Numbered from the stretch's first letter, positions 1 through 13,205 are shown. The stretch: 64,000 nucleotides of DNA from Utricularia gibba (GCA_002189035.1 NEEC01000008.1:1922001-1986000); one strand, 5' to 3'. Numbers and translations are program-made. Notes: a model not told the origin generated them from the sequence alone.

Positions 1-406
1 AAAAATGGAACACTTCCAAGGAAGAAAAAACAAGTTTTGGAATCTCAATTTACCAAAGTACAGACCAAATTGATACTAATGAGTAAAAATAACTGATTTA
101 CCACCAAGGGGAAAAAAACAACATCAGCCAAGATTTATTGTGACAGACAGACACAGACACGTAGCGAGAAGGCGAATGACTGACTACAAATCGAGTGCGG
201 CAGACGAAGCAGAAGACCTGGTTCGGGTCTACCGCACATAAATCTCTCTTTCTGTACAACAGAATGGACACATACGACACTGCTCTGCGCTTTCACCGGA
301 CACGGGACCATGAAGAACTTATACACGAGCTGGGGTGGGAAGAATGTTGTTCTACGTTAGAGCATCGCCTATCTGTACACGCACCTCTAAGCAGTATTCT
401 GAAGCA

Positions 407-2901
407 TCATCCTCTTCTCAAGTGAGGCAAGAATCTTCTGACCAATCACGTGGCCCTGCAACACTCCCATGTTTCCTCTGATCAGTCGAACCAGGACGTT
501 GCGGATGTGGCCCTGGACGAAACAAGTAGATTCAAGTTTTCAGTTTGCGGCTAGAGATCAAGGGAGGTTTTGTTTGTCTGACCTGTGACACAGAGAGTGC
601 TGTCTGGATGACATAATTTCCGAAGCGGTCGGTCAGAAGGGACGAGGCGCCTGGGTTCGAAAGTAGCTCTCTGATGATTTCGGTGCGACACACTTCGCCT
701 GACTCCTTGAGGAACTTCTCCACTACATTACTGGCAAACTTATTGCAGGAGAGGAGCATGAAACGCCCTCTAAGTCGTGACACGAGTTCTGCTGTCACAT
801 CCGCCATTCTCATCTCGATCAGTCGTTGCACCACATAGTTACTGACAAGGGATTAAACAAAAGAGTGAAGCAAGATTCTGTGAAAAACTAATGGTGGCGC
901 GCATTAGGGAAGAATCACTACCCATATGGATCTTCAGCCAGGTGCAATGCATTAGCAATGATCTCGCCTATCAGCTCCTCTCTTGCTCTTCCTTCGGTGT
1001 TTTCGAGGCAGCATTGAATCACGCAGCAACCACTTTGGCTGGTGGAAATTTCAAAGCAGTTGGCCGTTATCTTCCTGATCAGATCCTATCCATCAGACAG
1101 ATGACTGAGCTTGAAGGTTAAATGGTAGAGAGAAAAATCAATGAAAAAGAAATAAAGGCTTCCAAGCACAGAGGTTTCAGATTCATCAGAGCACATGCAT
1201 TTTCTATTGCACTATAAGAGGCTAAACCAAAGAGCATCTAGTCAACTAGTCCACGTTGAATATCCTTCTTTCAACCTACACAAAATTCACAAGATGCCGA
1301 GTTAACAGAGTTCACATAAAATCCAATCACCATAATCTATAGCCGAGAACCATTCTTAACAAAACATAAAGTTACAAGGAAGTTTGTGAGCAAAATTTAT
1401 ACCAATATTACCAACTATATGAATCAAAGCCAGCTCTTCAAATTAGAATAATCATCTTTCTTACTTGCTTGAACAATATGATTCACTGAAAAATAGAAAC
1501 CATTCAGAGAAAACGACATTCAACTGAATGAGGGACACATTTCAATACAGCTTGTGACAGATGTACAGTAGGCAGCGCCCGAGGTTAATTCAACAACCAA
1601 CAGATGGGGAATGTCAGTTCCACTAAGAACTAATCAGCCACTTGTTTAGTGTGGCAGCATTACGTTAAACAACCAGAATAAGCATAGAAGAGGAAGTTGA
1701 TGGCGTATCACATTGTAGTGGCAAATAGTGAAAGTACACGCTTTATATACCTTAATATATTCCGCAGGAAGATTTTTGACACACCACTGTATAACATGAT
1801 GCCCCTTTATATCCTTGGCCAAAAAAGTCGCATCCCGTATCAGGGCATAAACAATCAAAGATAGCTGTTGAGGTGCAACAATCATGTCAAATAGATTCTG
1901 CAATGCTCTAGACCTGGTCATGCCCATAATATAAGATGAAAGTCATCATGTATTCTGGGTGTTTTACCAGTAAATATATGCCAAACATGAAACCTTTCAT
2001 ACCCATATTCGTTGATACAAAGAAATCCAAATTGGTTTTCAGTGAGCTCCACGATTATAGCAGTCTTCTGAACTTCATTGCATCTCCGAAAAAGCGTAAT
2101 AACAAATAAAGAACCAAATTGGCTCAACATCAGATCAGAGAAATGTCCATTTATTTCTTTCAAAACCATATTCATTGCATCTGCACTCAGCCCATCATCC
2201 AAGATTGAACTGAAAGTAGCGGACCCAAGTCGAGTCTTTACTAGTGTCACTAAATTTCCTCTCATGCTGTCAAAAGTCAAGTGGTTCCACGTCTTGTTCA
2301 ATTGCTGGTTTCCGTACGTAGGAACCCTGGAAAGTGACCGACATTCTTGCGGGCCGAAGTGTGGTACAAGGGAATAGTCATTGGCAGTTAGTGACTCTGG
2401 TTCATTGCCATGCAAGAAAGATCGGCCATGATTTTCCACTCCAATTTGATCCCACGCCATCCTTCTCTCGTGGAGCTGCGCTTCTCCATCAAGGTATGAA
2501 AATCTCCCCAGTGAACCCAGCATACCAGGGTCCACACGAGCCATACCACGGGCCACAGAGGAACCAAAACGCTCAATAGAACCATCAGTGCAGTTTTGCA
2601 GTTGGTCCCAAGCCCATGGGTTATGATTTCCCCATGAGGCCGTCTGAAATTCCGGCGGCTGAAACATGTCAATCATCGAAGAAACATTGCAGAACGGCGG
2701 CTTTCGTGTGAGGGGCTTAAATCCATTGGAGAGCGACAATCTAGACAATCCCGATTCAATAATATCTACATCAGAAGTACCATGGTTGACGGACCAAGGA
2801 TGGAGCGTCGGACGACTCCCCGACTGAGAGAATACATCAGTATAATCACCTTGACTCTCAGGCGACTGAGGATCGGCGATTTCCGGCGTTTTCGTCTCCA
2901 T
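407..2901 (-). CDS. Pumilio/PUF RNA-binding protein (APUM12-like group)
   Basis: Five exons with GT-AG and consistent phases: 2901-2003, 1913-1751, 1085-922, 841-583, 512-407. PUF repeat signatures GSRALQ, GCCVIQ, YGNYVVQ, FASNVVEK, FGNYVIQ. Confidence 0.88.
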
Positions 2902-3419
2902 TTCGCCGTTACAAGAGGAAAAAAGTCTGGCTCACGCGCTAATGGCGAAGAGTCGGCTGTGTTCAAAGGGTTTTAAGAACCTTTTCAAATAAATATCCCA
3001 AGAAATTATCATTAAATTTTCAAAACTAAATCTTAAAATACGTTTAATATAATAAAGTTAAATAAAAAATTTCCAAATTATTCGATGTTTCTTCCTCATG
3101 AGTTATCTTTAACGTATATAATTATTTAATACTCCCCAAAAATCGACCGAACCTAATCTTTCAAACATTTAATATTAATTTTATTAAAGCAGTTTAATAT
3201 TTGATTAATTATATATATAATTTTGGTTTTTTTCGAATAAATCTGATTTGTTCATAATAATGATTATCTTTATAATTCATAATAAATGAATACATATTTA
3301 AAAGCATTTATTATAAGTGTTTTATGAAATCATTAAACATATTAATTATTAATGTTATTAATGATTTATTTTAAATTTGAAATTGCACAATATATTCTTA
3401 TCTAGTCTCTACATTTTAT

Positions 3420-3603
3420 GGGCATTTATCTTATTCTAAAAATAAATTATTCCCTTTTTGTTTCTTTGGAATGACAAGGGTATTTATGGAATTTATTAAT
3501 AAATTATTCTGAAATTTGAAATTGTATGTGGGCATTTATCTCATTCTAAAAATAAAATATTCTCCTTTTGTTTCTGTTGAATCCAAAATGGCATTTATGG
3601 AAT
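3420..3603. repeat. Diverged ~110-bp direct duplication in AT-rich intergenic DNA
   Basis: GGGCATTTATCT(T/C)ATTCTAAAAATAAA..TTTTGTTTCT..ATTTATGGAATT starts at 3420 and again at 3530. Confidence 0.7.
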
Positions 3604-3872
3604 TATTACCAAAAATTCGTTATTATCCTATGGGCATATTTAAACCTATTAATGATCATACATATGCCATGTTTTTTTGCACCCCTTTGAGTTTTAATTG
3701 CTCTGTTTCTTTCCAGAAATGATTTCAGGGTTCCAAATTTGGATCCGACCCGGTTTGAGTCCCATAACTAATTCAAGGTTGGTCAGTGTGCCTGTTCTAC
3801 CCTTCCTTTTTTGGAACCGCTTGTTTCCATGTACGGAAATCCCCAATCCGGAACCCCTACGGTAACTCCGCC

Positions 3873-4276
3873 ATGGAAGAAAGCCCCTGAGCTCTGGCTA
3901 CCGCCCCCAAGGTTGATTCATTCAGCATCTGGAGACCCGCGGCGCGGTTCGGGAGCGCCTCGTCGAGATCCTTTCCAAGCTGTGCATGCTCTGTAACAGG
4001 TACGGGGATATTTCGCGGGAAGAAGCTGTGGAGATCGCTGAACGCATCTAGGCATAACCGTTCGATGCGATGGATGTGGCCGAGAAGTCTCTTGAGGAAG
4101 GGATCGAGACCTGGCATTCGTATTCGAAGGAGAATAGTAAGCGAATGTTGGAGAATATGAAGTACGTACGATCTGTAGGACCGCCAGCTCCGGCGCCTCA
4201 GACTCAGCATTCCGCTCCTCTTCCTACAGATTTCGCGAACTCCGCTGACCTGGCGGCGCAAGACGGCACCGGCTGA
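3873..4276 (+). pseudogene. WPP-domain (MAF1/WPP1/WPP2-like) pseudogene
   Basis: Reads MEESP*ALATAPKVDSFSIW, frameshift, TRGAVRERLVEILSKLCMLCNRYGDISREEAVEIAERI*A*PFDAMD..EEGIETWHSYSKENSKRMLENMK. This matches the WPP consensus SIWPPTQRTRDAV..RYG..YSKEISKRMLE. Stops at 3888, 4049, 4055. Confidence 0.8.
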
Positions 4277-4405
4277 GGAAAACGGAATCCACCACCGGCG
4301 GTGGCTGAAGCTGGAAATCGGCGAAAGGTACTAGAATTTTCCCCTATTTTCGTGCGATTCAGATCAGATTCCTCTCTACATCTTGAACTACAGCTTGGTG
4401 CGAGG

Positions 4406-6091
4406 CTACGCCACATATCGAGCCTCCTCATCCTCCGGCAAAACGATGTCGACTCTCATCATCGGCAGGTACTTGTTTGGCACCCGAGCACCACCTTGCA
4501 TGCACATTTCGATCACGGCGGGCGCCTTGCCGTAGAATCTCTTCAATGCACTCCTTAATGGAGGCCCTTTGGGATCCTTCACATGCCACACGTAGTTCGG
4601 CGGGAACACTTCATCAACTGTTGCGTCCTGCCAGCCATGCTTTCCGTCTCTCCATTGATGCTTGAACTCTCCACAGAGCTTCGCGTTGTGGCCCCAGGGA
4701 CCCACATGGACCTCTGAGCAGTAGCCGCAGGCCTTGACACTGTACTTTCTCATCAGTCTGGTGACCCCCCATTTCACCTTCTCGTATGCATGAAGTGTCT
4801 CCTGGGCGATCTTGGGAACCTCGGATTGCTCCGGGGGAGGGTGTCTTTCAAGAGAGCCATGTGTGTCTAGTTCAAGAATTGCAGGGTTTGAACTGCAAGG
4901 AGAGGAGACTCTGGGCTCATCTACATATCCTCCATTTTCAATGACTTTCCTGCCAAGCATTCGGATTGGTTCCGACCTCCTCCTGGAAGGATATTCCGGC
5001 AGCTCAACTCCGGCTTGGATGCAGAGCTCAACCACCGCTGGGATTCTGTCATAGTCGAATCTGGTTTCATGCTTGATCCTTCTGCCAAATGGGTCATACA
5101 TATGGTATGAATCTATGGGGACAAGAACATCATTGATAGAGCCTGTTATCCATGAATGGAAGCTGCTGCGTTTCCCATTTGTAGCGCCATCGCAATCTTG
5201 AATATCATGGCCAACTTGAGCAATATGAATTTCTGAACATTCACTGAAAATGATCATGCTACTTCGTGAACCAGAGTAAAGCAGAAACAGGCTATACAAA
5301 ATGGTCATGAAGGTTTGAATATCACCTGCAAGCATGGACGGGGAGTACATGGCATAGCTGTGCAAGTCCCCTGATCAGAAGCTTCCAGTTCTGAAGCACT
5401 TCATAAGCCACAGGCACCAATTCAGGGACGATAAGCCCGTTTTTAGGGGGCTCAAGAGGCTTCTCAATCCCCATTTGTGCAAGCTTCTTATCTGCTCTTG
5501 CAGCTCTCTGAATAAGCTTCAGAGGTATTGGATACGGCTTCTTCTTCTTCTTTGGAAGTACCGGAGGAAAATCCACATTTTGCAGTAAAGGCTGACGCTT
5601 CTTCTTGCCATTGCCACCAACGTTGGACTTCTTGAAAGCACAGCAGCGGATTTCAGGTCTTTCCAAGGAAATGACATCGCTACACACAAGACCAAACTAG
5701 AATCGCAGTTGTTAGGCTATGTAACATCTGCCAATTACTACATGCCAATTGGCGAGAAATGTTACACTAACCACTTCAGATAAAAGCATAATGTTTATTT
5801 AACTAGATTGCAGATAAGGAACACCGAGAAAACAATTAAGTAAGGGATGTTTAACCTTTCTTCCACTAGAACTAGAAGCTGGAATGGGAAGCCGGGCCGT
5901 CCTGATTTCCTCTGTTTGAAGAAAGCCACCTGCTAGGGGAAAAAAGGATTAAATTTGCAGAACTCATATCAGAATTCTCAGAATAGGATGTGAAATTATG
6001 AATCCTGCAAATTGCCAACAGGAATAGAAACCATACCGTTGTTTGATAGAATCCCTGAGCCAAAGTAAAAAGCTGGAACTGGTCGAAGCAT
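4406..6091 (-). CDS. APO1: APO domain RNA-binding/splicing protein 1, chloroplastic
   Basis: Two APO zinc-binding repeats (VHACSECSEIH; VKACGYCSEVHVGPWGH..KHQWRDGKHGWQDA) and QNVDFPPVLPKKKKKPYPIP as in APO1. Four exons; the ATG at 6091 (MLRPVPAF) is inferred. Confidence 0.9.
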
Positions 6092-7223
6092 TTATTCACG
6101 AATGTATTTTGGAAATCTGCAATGAAAACAGCACAGGCTACTTACTTTCGCTAAACCTGAGCTATGGACACTGAGAGAAAATAGTATAAACCCATTGAAG
6201 TTTTATCCACTCTAAACTTCAGCAATATGCAGGACACCATTAATTTCGATAGACGAATTGACTGCATACCCCGTATCACTTCAAATCCAGAGATTCCAGT
6301 AAAACACGCCTCAAATCCAAATCAATAGGAAACTCACAATATGGTTCGATTTTTGCAGGACACCAAAAAAAGATTCGCTTGCTAGAACACCAAAAACTCT
6401 GAGAAACTCTTGCCGTACAAAGAAACTGAAGCTTTACTACCTTACGCTTATGAAATCTGAACAACTCCCTCACTCAAATTCCCTCTACGGAAGAACAGGC
6501 AAGCGCAGTACGAATGAATCCACAGGCGGATAAACAAAGCGGTGACGCGAAATGAAGGAACAACGTGGCCTTGTGATCTGGACCGGACCATTCATCCCAT
6601 CGCATATCTGGCTCAACAACCGGCCCATTATTAAAAAAAACGAATTACAATTTAATCGTAATTTAAGTATGATTAGACTATGATTCGATTATCATTTCAT
6701 ATTTTTTATAATAAAAATATTAAAAAGTCTTTTTTAAAAAATAAAATGCATGATTTAATATGATTTTGATCATATTCTGATAAAAAAATATTATTGTGAT
6801 AATTTCTTAAAAAATAAATTCTATTTATTACGGATTTTAAAATATTATAAAGTTGTGAAGTATTTTATAAATGATAAATCACACTCTTTTTATTTGAATA
6901 ATACACATAAGGATTTTTTTATGAATAAAAAATGTTTGGAAAATCGTTGCATGAGGAAAATAAATGCTGGGGACAGTGCCATGCCTGAGCATGTAGTCGT
7001 GTCAATTTGGCCGACATGTAATGTGAATGTCGCGTTTAAGTGTCTTTAATGTCGCACTTTTATTTTATGCATTTCCCTCAGCGACTTCATCCGTACGATT
7101 TAACTTCCCGTTTTCTCTTTACTTTATTTATATAGGCCATGATATAACTTCCACTTCCAGCCATCACTGAGCCTCCAACCCTTCTCCGGCCAGCAACTCC
7201 AACGGCACGGCGGCCGGAAAAAA

Positions 7224-9444
7224 ATGGATTCCACGTTAAACGCGGCGGTGGGTTCATTCTACTTTCCTGTTTTTCTTTACCTCGTCTTTGCTCTTCTTCT
7301 TTGCCATGCTGTCAAGAGAAAACAGCAGCAATGCAAGGGAGGGAGTAGCAGGTTTCCCCCCGGCTCGATGGGATGGCCTTACGTAGGCGAAACCCTTCAT
7401 CTGTACTCGCAACACCCTGATGACTTTCTCTCCACCAGACTACGCAGGTTTTCAACGGCAGTGGTTACTTGGGAAGTGGCAGTTCATTTCATGCTGCTGT
7501 CTTTTCTCTGTAGGTATGGCGAGATCTTCAAAACTCACATCCTGGGGTGCCCCTGCGTGATGCTGGCTAGCCCCGAAGCAGCTCGATTCGTGCTCGTTAC
7601 GAATGAGCATCTGTTCAAGCCAACATATCCAAGGAGTAAAGAGAATCTCATCGGACCATGGGCGCTGTTTTTTCACCATGGGCAGTACCACCTGCGGTTG
7701 AGGAAGATTGTTCAGGGAAAGTTATGTCAGCAGTCACTGAAACAGTTGGTTTCTGGGGTGGAAGAGCTCACAGTTTCTGCCTTGGATTCATGCTCTCGTG
7801 GCATGGCCGTCAACACCTACGCTGAAATGAAGAAGGTTAGTCTTACTTGCAAATGAAGCATGAGTGGAAATGGAAGTTTAGAAATGTACACTCACTCATC
7901 TGGTGTCTTTGGACTTGGTAGCTCTCTTTTGAGGTCGGGATCCTTGCGATTTTTGGGCATTTAGCGCCTCATTTCAAGGATGAACTGAAGAACAGCTACG
8001 CAATCCTAGACAGAGGGTACAATTCGTTTCCAGTGATCCTACCGGGCTCGAATTATCAGAAGGCGATGAAGGTAATTGAAAAAACTTCTGTGTGTGTGTG
8101 TGATGGTACTTGTTTACAGATAGTGTGGGTGTGTTGTCAATGTGACAGGCGAGGAAGAAACTACGTGTGGTTCTTGGGGATATCATGAAGGAAAGGAGGG
8201 AAAAGAAGTTGGTTGAGAAAGACCTTTTGAACTGCTTGCTGAATTTGAAGTATGAAAACGGTGAGACTCTGAGTGAAGATCAGATAGCAGACAATGTGAT
8301 TGGAGTACTTTTTGCCGCAAAAGATACTACCGCCAGTGCAATGACATGGCTCATCAAGTTTCTCCATGATAATCCCGAGATTTTCCAAACTGTAAAGGTG
8401 AAAATTTGGAGTCAAGAGTTAAACTCGAATGTGGCTAAAAATGTTGCCGGATGCAGGAGGAACACGATGCAATTTACCAGATCAATGGCAGGGGACAGAG
8501 TCCATTAACTTGGCATCAGACTAGGAACATGCACTTCACACACAAGGTGAAGAACTCCTGTGACAAAGTATTCAGCACAGTAATTAGCATTCAGTCTAAT
8601 GGTCACTCACCCTGAAATTAAGGATTCCATAAAACACAGGTGATTTTGGAAAGCTTAAGAAGGGCGAGCATTTTGACTTTCACTTTCAGGGAAGCAGTGG
8701 CAGATATAGAATACAAAGGTTTCATGGAATATACTTCTTTGGTCCGAACAGATTCATGCACATGTACAGCACCAAAAGAAAGACTGAAACTTCCATTTCT
8801 TTTGGATGCAGGTTATGTTATCCCCAAGGGGTGGAAAGTCATGCCCTTGTTCAGAAGTATCCATCACAATGCAAAATTCTTCCCCGAACCACAAAGTTTC
8901 GATCCCTCGAGATTCGAGGTAAAAAGATGCTACCACTTTCCGTTGCCATGTATTTCCACACGAAACATCGTCTGATGCAAGAACAAATCAAAAGTTGTGT
9001 AAGCTAACGTATTGTTGCAGAGGAAAGCAAAACCGCACACATTCATACCGTTCGGAATTGGGAAGCATGCCTGCCCAGGGAACGAGCTAGCCAAGCTTGA
9101 GCTGCTCGTTTTAGCCCACCACCTAGTCACGAATTTCAGGTACTTTACCTTTTTACCCAATGTGTTTTTCCGTTCAAACTAGATGCCAGCGCAGAAGAAT
9201 TGTAGCTAGTTACCACATGTGATGCTAGTACAGAATCCACAGGATAAAAGATCTCAGACAACCAGTGGAGATCAATATTCAAGGCCCTTTGTTGGTGATG
9301 ATGACAATTTATTGCAGGTATGACATAATGGAACCCCACAAAGGGATCGAGTATGGTCCCTTTCCTGTTCCTAAGCGTGGCCTCCGAGCAAGATTTTGTA
9401 AGCAGCAAGGGACCCTGCAACCACAGGAAGCTCAACGTGCATAA
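7224..9444 (+). CDS. CYP707A: Cytochrome P450 CYP707A, ABA 8'-hydroxylase
   Basis: PPGSMGWPYVGET, YGEIFKTHILGCPCVM, I-helix FAAKDTT, ExxR ESLR, FDPSRFE, heme motif FGIGKHACPG, C-terminal GIEYGPFPVP. Nine exons splice in frame. Confidence 0.93.
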
Positions 9445-11183
9445 GCCACGTGGGACCAAACTTAACTTTTCTGGTTTGTTTGATAGTTCCTGGGAGATAA
9501 TGGCCCTCCTCCGATTTCCTAGATGATTCACTTGGATCTTAAATGATCTTTCAAAAGGAGGAGAGAATAACCTCCTTAACATCTCCTCAATTACAGCTTC
9601 CAGGGAGAGCCCCTTAATCGAGATCCTTGTCATCATCAAGGCATAAAAAGACAACTTCTTGGCTTAGACTTTCCACATCTTGCACTGATTTATAACATAT
9701 ATTAAACACCCAACATTCATAGGAAGAGAGCGAGATGAATATCCATGACAAACTGATTCCATTCCCACTTCAACACAACTCTAGTCTAATCTAGATATAA
9801 ATGAAAAATCAAATCTGATGTCATTGTCGTCAAACCTAAAACCGAGGGTGGTGATAAATGGCTCACGGGGTCCTATTGAAATTGGAATTCTTTGAATTAT
9901 CCCTTCGTTTGTTGGGCTGAGGAGAAGCTGACATCTGTTCCATATTCCAAAGGCTGAAAGACAAAAGACAATGGGAGACCACTCACTCTAGTTTGCTTTG
10001 GGAGGACTTCAGAGAGCCAAATGGCCAATCCGTGATTGGTTGTGGATAGAGCAGGTCCACTCCCACAGACTCAGCTGGAAAGCACAACTTGTGATAGCGG
10101 AAGCAAATCAGTTCTGCCTTCTATCTTCGGATTCTCTTTTCCAACTAGAACACCAATTCTTAAAAAGTATGTGGTCCTTGTATACTAAAAGAGGGATATT
10201 GTTTTAAAATCCCAATCTACACACTAAATTGAACAGCTTTCTAAGGTTCCACTTCAAAGCTTCCATATTCATCCAACATACTGGACGCAAACACTACACA
10301 ATCTCGAATCGGCTGAAAATTGCAGAGAATTCTGCGTCAACAATATCTGCGTAATGTGTCATTCTAAAATGAATGACGAAGATAGCACTCACTAAATTAC
10401 AACAGATACATACTGTATCAAGCTTCGAAAGAGAAACAAGAACATGACATTGAGTACTTGAATCTACAGATGCCAACTCCTCGAATGTAACGCTGCACTC
10501 AGACGGAGACAACTTTTTCGAAGGAAATTCATCTCTGGATCAGACTTGCAGATGGAAGCGAATGCAATTGGGCCACTAAAAGGAGCCCAATTTGAAGTCT
10601 ATTCTCATATGGGCCTCTCTTGGGCTGGATGAATAGTTTTAGATTAAAGTAAAAGAATAAAAAAATAATATATATTGAATATCGTAAAACATTTGCATTA
10701 CTTTAATACATTAAAAATATGGAATAAAAGATAATTTATAAAGCTATAAATGAAATTTGATGTAAAAAAAATGGATTAAATGATTAAAAAAATCACTCAA
10801 CTCGATTATTGAACGCGCTGTGTACCCATGATTCACGAGCCTGCCCCACCACGTGGCGGCAGGTTATTCGGTGGCTTCAGTGTTTCGGGATTCACACATC
10901 TCTCGGCACAAATAATGAAGCTCACAGGAAGAGAAAAAAACACCCTCTTTTGTCTCTTTATCCTTCTCTCTCTTCCCGTTTGTGTGTGTCTGTGTGCTTT
11001 CTCCCTCTGGAAAAATCCCAGATTTCTCCCCGTTTCCCAGCACGCTTCTGCTGATGAACTCCGGTTCTGAGTCCCGAAATGCGTCATCACTGACGGCTGT
11101 GGATCAATTTCAGTAATGCCTCAGTTTACATGATACAAAAGCTGGGTTTATTCATCGCGGATTGAGGGTTTTTGTTTTCGGAA

Positions 11184-12887
11184 ATGCTGGAAGTGGAGAG
11201 TAGCAGTGTAGCCCCTCGATTCCCTCCGCATTCGACTCTGTTGCAGACCTCGGGCGACAGCTCTGAGGAGGAGCTCACGGTTCTTCCGCGGCACACTAAG
11301 GTGGTGGTTACGGGAAATAATCGTACGAAGTCTGTCTTAGTTGGGCTTGAAGGCGTTGTCAAGAAAGCCGTAGGGCTCGGTGGATGGCACTGGCTGGTAA
11401 CAAATAGCATTGCTTCATTTACTTCTATACTGAATCACTTCTGTTCCTAAGACCATTCCCCTTTCTCTGTCGGCACGACTGCATCATTTGATCGTCTAAT
11501 TGCAGGATTTTTGTGGGATATTATTCTCTACGATTGTAGCTTTTCTGTATGCATCTTTTTTATTTCTTTACACCCAGGTTTACCGCATGACGTAGGTTTG
11601 TTGACCCGCAATCTTTAATCCTAGTTCCCTTTGATCCTTCGAAAGCTTGAGTTTAATTTGCTACTGAGATTTGAGGGGAATTTTAGATTCTTGCTTTTCT
11701 TCGATCTGCAATCGCTTGTGTCTAAAAGAAGAAGAATTTTCCTGTGTGTTTTCCGTTTGATGCATAGGTTCTCACAAACGGCATCGAAGTGAAGCTGCAG
11801 AGAAACGCTCTGACTGTAATTGAAGCACCCAATGGAAACGAGGAAGACGATGACCTCGAATTTGAAACTGCTATTTGGAACGGATCTGATATGAGTGAGT
11901 TGATTGTACAGTTAGCTTTTTACGTTCTGTATGAATAGCGTGGTACATGGAAGTACGCGTTATACGGTTAGCTTATGTCATGATTCTCTCTACTCCATCT
12001 TGTTGCATGATGATGTCTGTTTGTTGTTTTGTGGCTGTGCATTCATGTGTTTTCAGTAACTTAACCTCTATTTCGGTTCTGTTGGCCAACTTCATTTGTA
12101 AGGAACTTCAGATCAGTGTTTTGTCATGCCTGCCTGCCTCCTTTTAGGACTACAGTTGAGCAGATTTTTACAAGTTATTGTATACAATTCTTGCTGCCCT
12201 TTTGTCCCTAAGCTTCAGTCCTGCTTCTCTTCATCCAACTTTTTTGCTTTGCTGCTACTTTAATGCTTTGTTCTTTTGGCCCACCACGCAACATGATCAT
12301 GTGCTGTCACTCTTTTTCTCAGCATCAGATGATACTCAAAGGTCCCAGAAATCAAGGCATCGGATTCACAGGTCGTTTACCATGTCTCACAAGACTCCAT
12401 GTCGATCCTTGTCGCCCGAGTCCCAGCCTAAAACTTCACCTGTACAAAAATCTCGTCTCCATCTGCACCAAGCTCCTGTGACCCATATCTTCCTTCACTA
12501 ACACTGCTATTTTGCAGAAGGTGGACCTCAGCAAGCTCGAGATGGGCGCGTTGTGGAAGTACCTGAGACACTTCAACCTTGTGAGTGTTTTTAGTTTGCA
12601 GAAAGAATCACATACAGCCCCAGAGTAGGAAAGTCTAATTGCAGCTTTTATAGGTGGATGCAATTCACAGACTTTCGAAGGAGCAAGCCGTGGACATCGT
12701 CCAACGGCACTTCATGTCACAGGCAGGGATTGAAAGAGCTTGTAACCTTTTCTGATCAGGGGCGTATGCTTTTGTTGTTGCTGATGAGTGTTCTTGTTTG
12801 CAGCAGCAACTGGATGAGCTCCAAGTGATCAGCGGATTCATTCGGGCTGCCAAGAAACTGAAGATGAGGATGTGCAGTGGGAGCTGA
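11184..12887 (+). CDS. SAP30-like histone deacetylase complex subunit (AFR1/AFR2-like)
   Basis: SSEEELTVLPRHTKVVVTGNNRTKSVLVGLEGVVKKAVGLGGWHWL, VLTNGIEVKLQRNAL, KVDLSKLEM, HFMSQQLDELQVISGF. Six exons; the exon 3 donor is uncertain. Confidence 0.88.
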
Positions 12888-13205
12888 GCGGTTTCCTTGT
12901 AATCCTCCCTGACTCCAACTCCGACTCCGACTCAGACTCCTTAACAGATGTTGTATGTATGTATCTACCACGCTTTTGCACAGATGTATCTCTTCCACGG
13001 TCCGCCCTGCTTGTACGTAGATGCCCATCCTGTTTTGAACCACGACGTCGTTTAGTATCCACTGACCCGACCCGCAGTAATATTTCACTCTTCCAGCTAA
13101 AAATTAGGGCACGCGAATCGATGGGCTGGGCGGCTGCTTTGTCATCAACACGAATTTTTGTTGTCGGGTTTGATGATGCATTCGAAGTCGGAGCCCCCGG
13201 TTGAC

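Noticed and set aside
9145-9654. 169-aa minus-strand ORF overlapping the CYP707A last exon
   Set aside because: Non-ATG start, antisense shadow, no recognisable domain.
10489-10501. 13-nt match (TGAGTGCAGCGTT, minus strand) to the miR397 core
   Set aside because: Flanks diverge from mature miR397 and no convincing star arm is present; a 13-mer hit is expected by chance when scanning many miRNAs.
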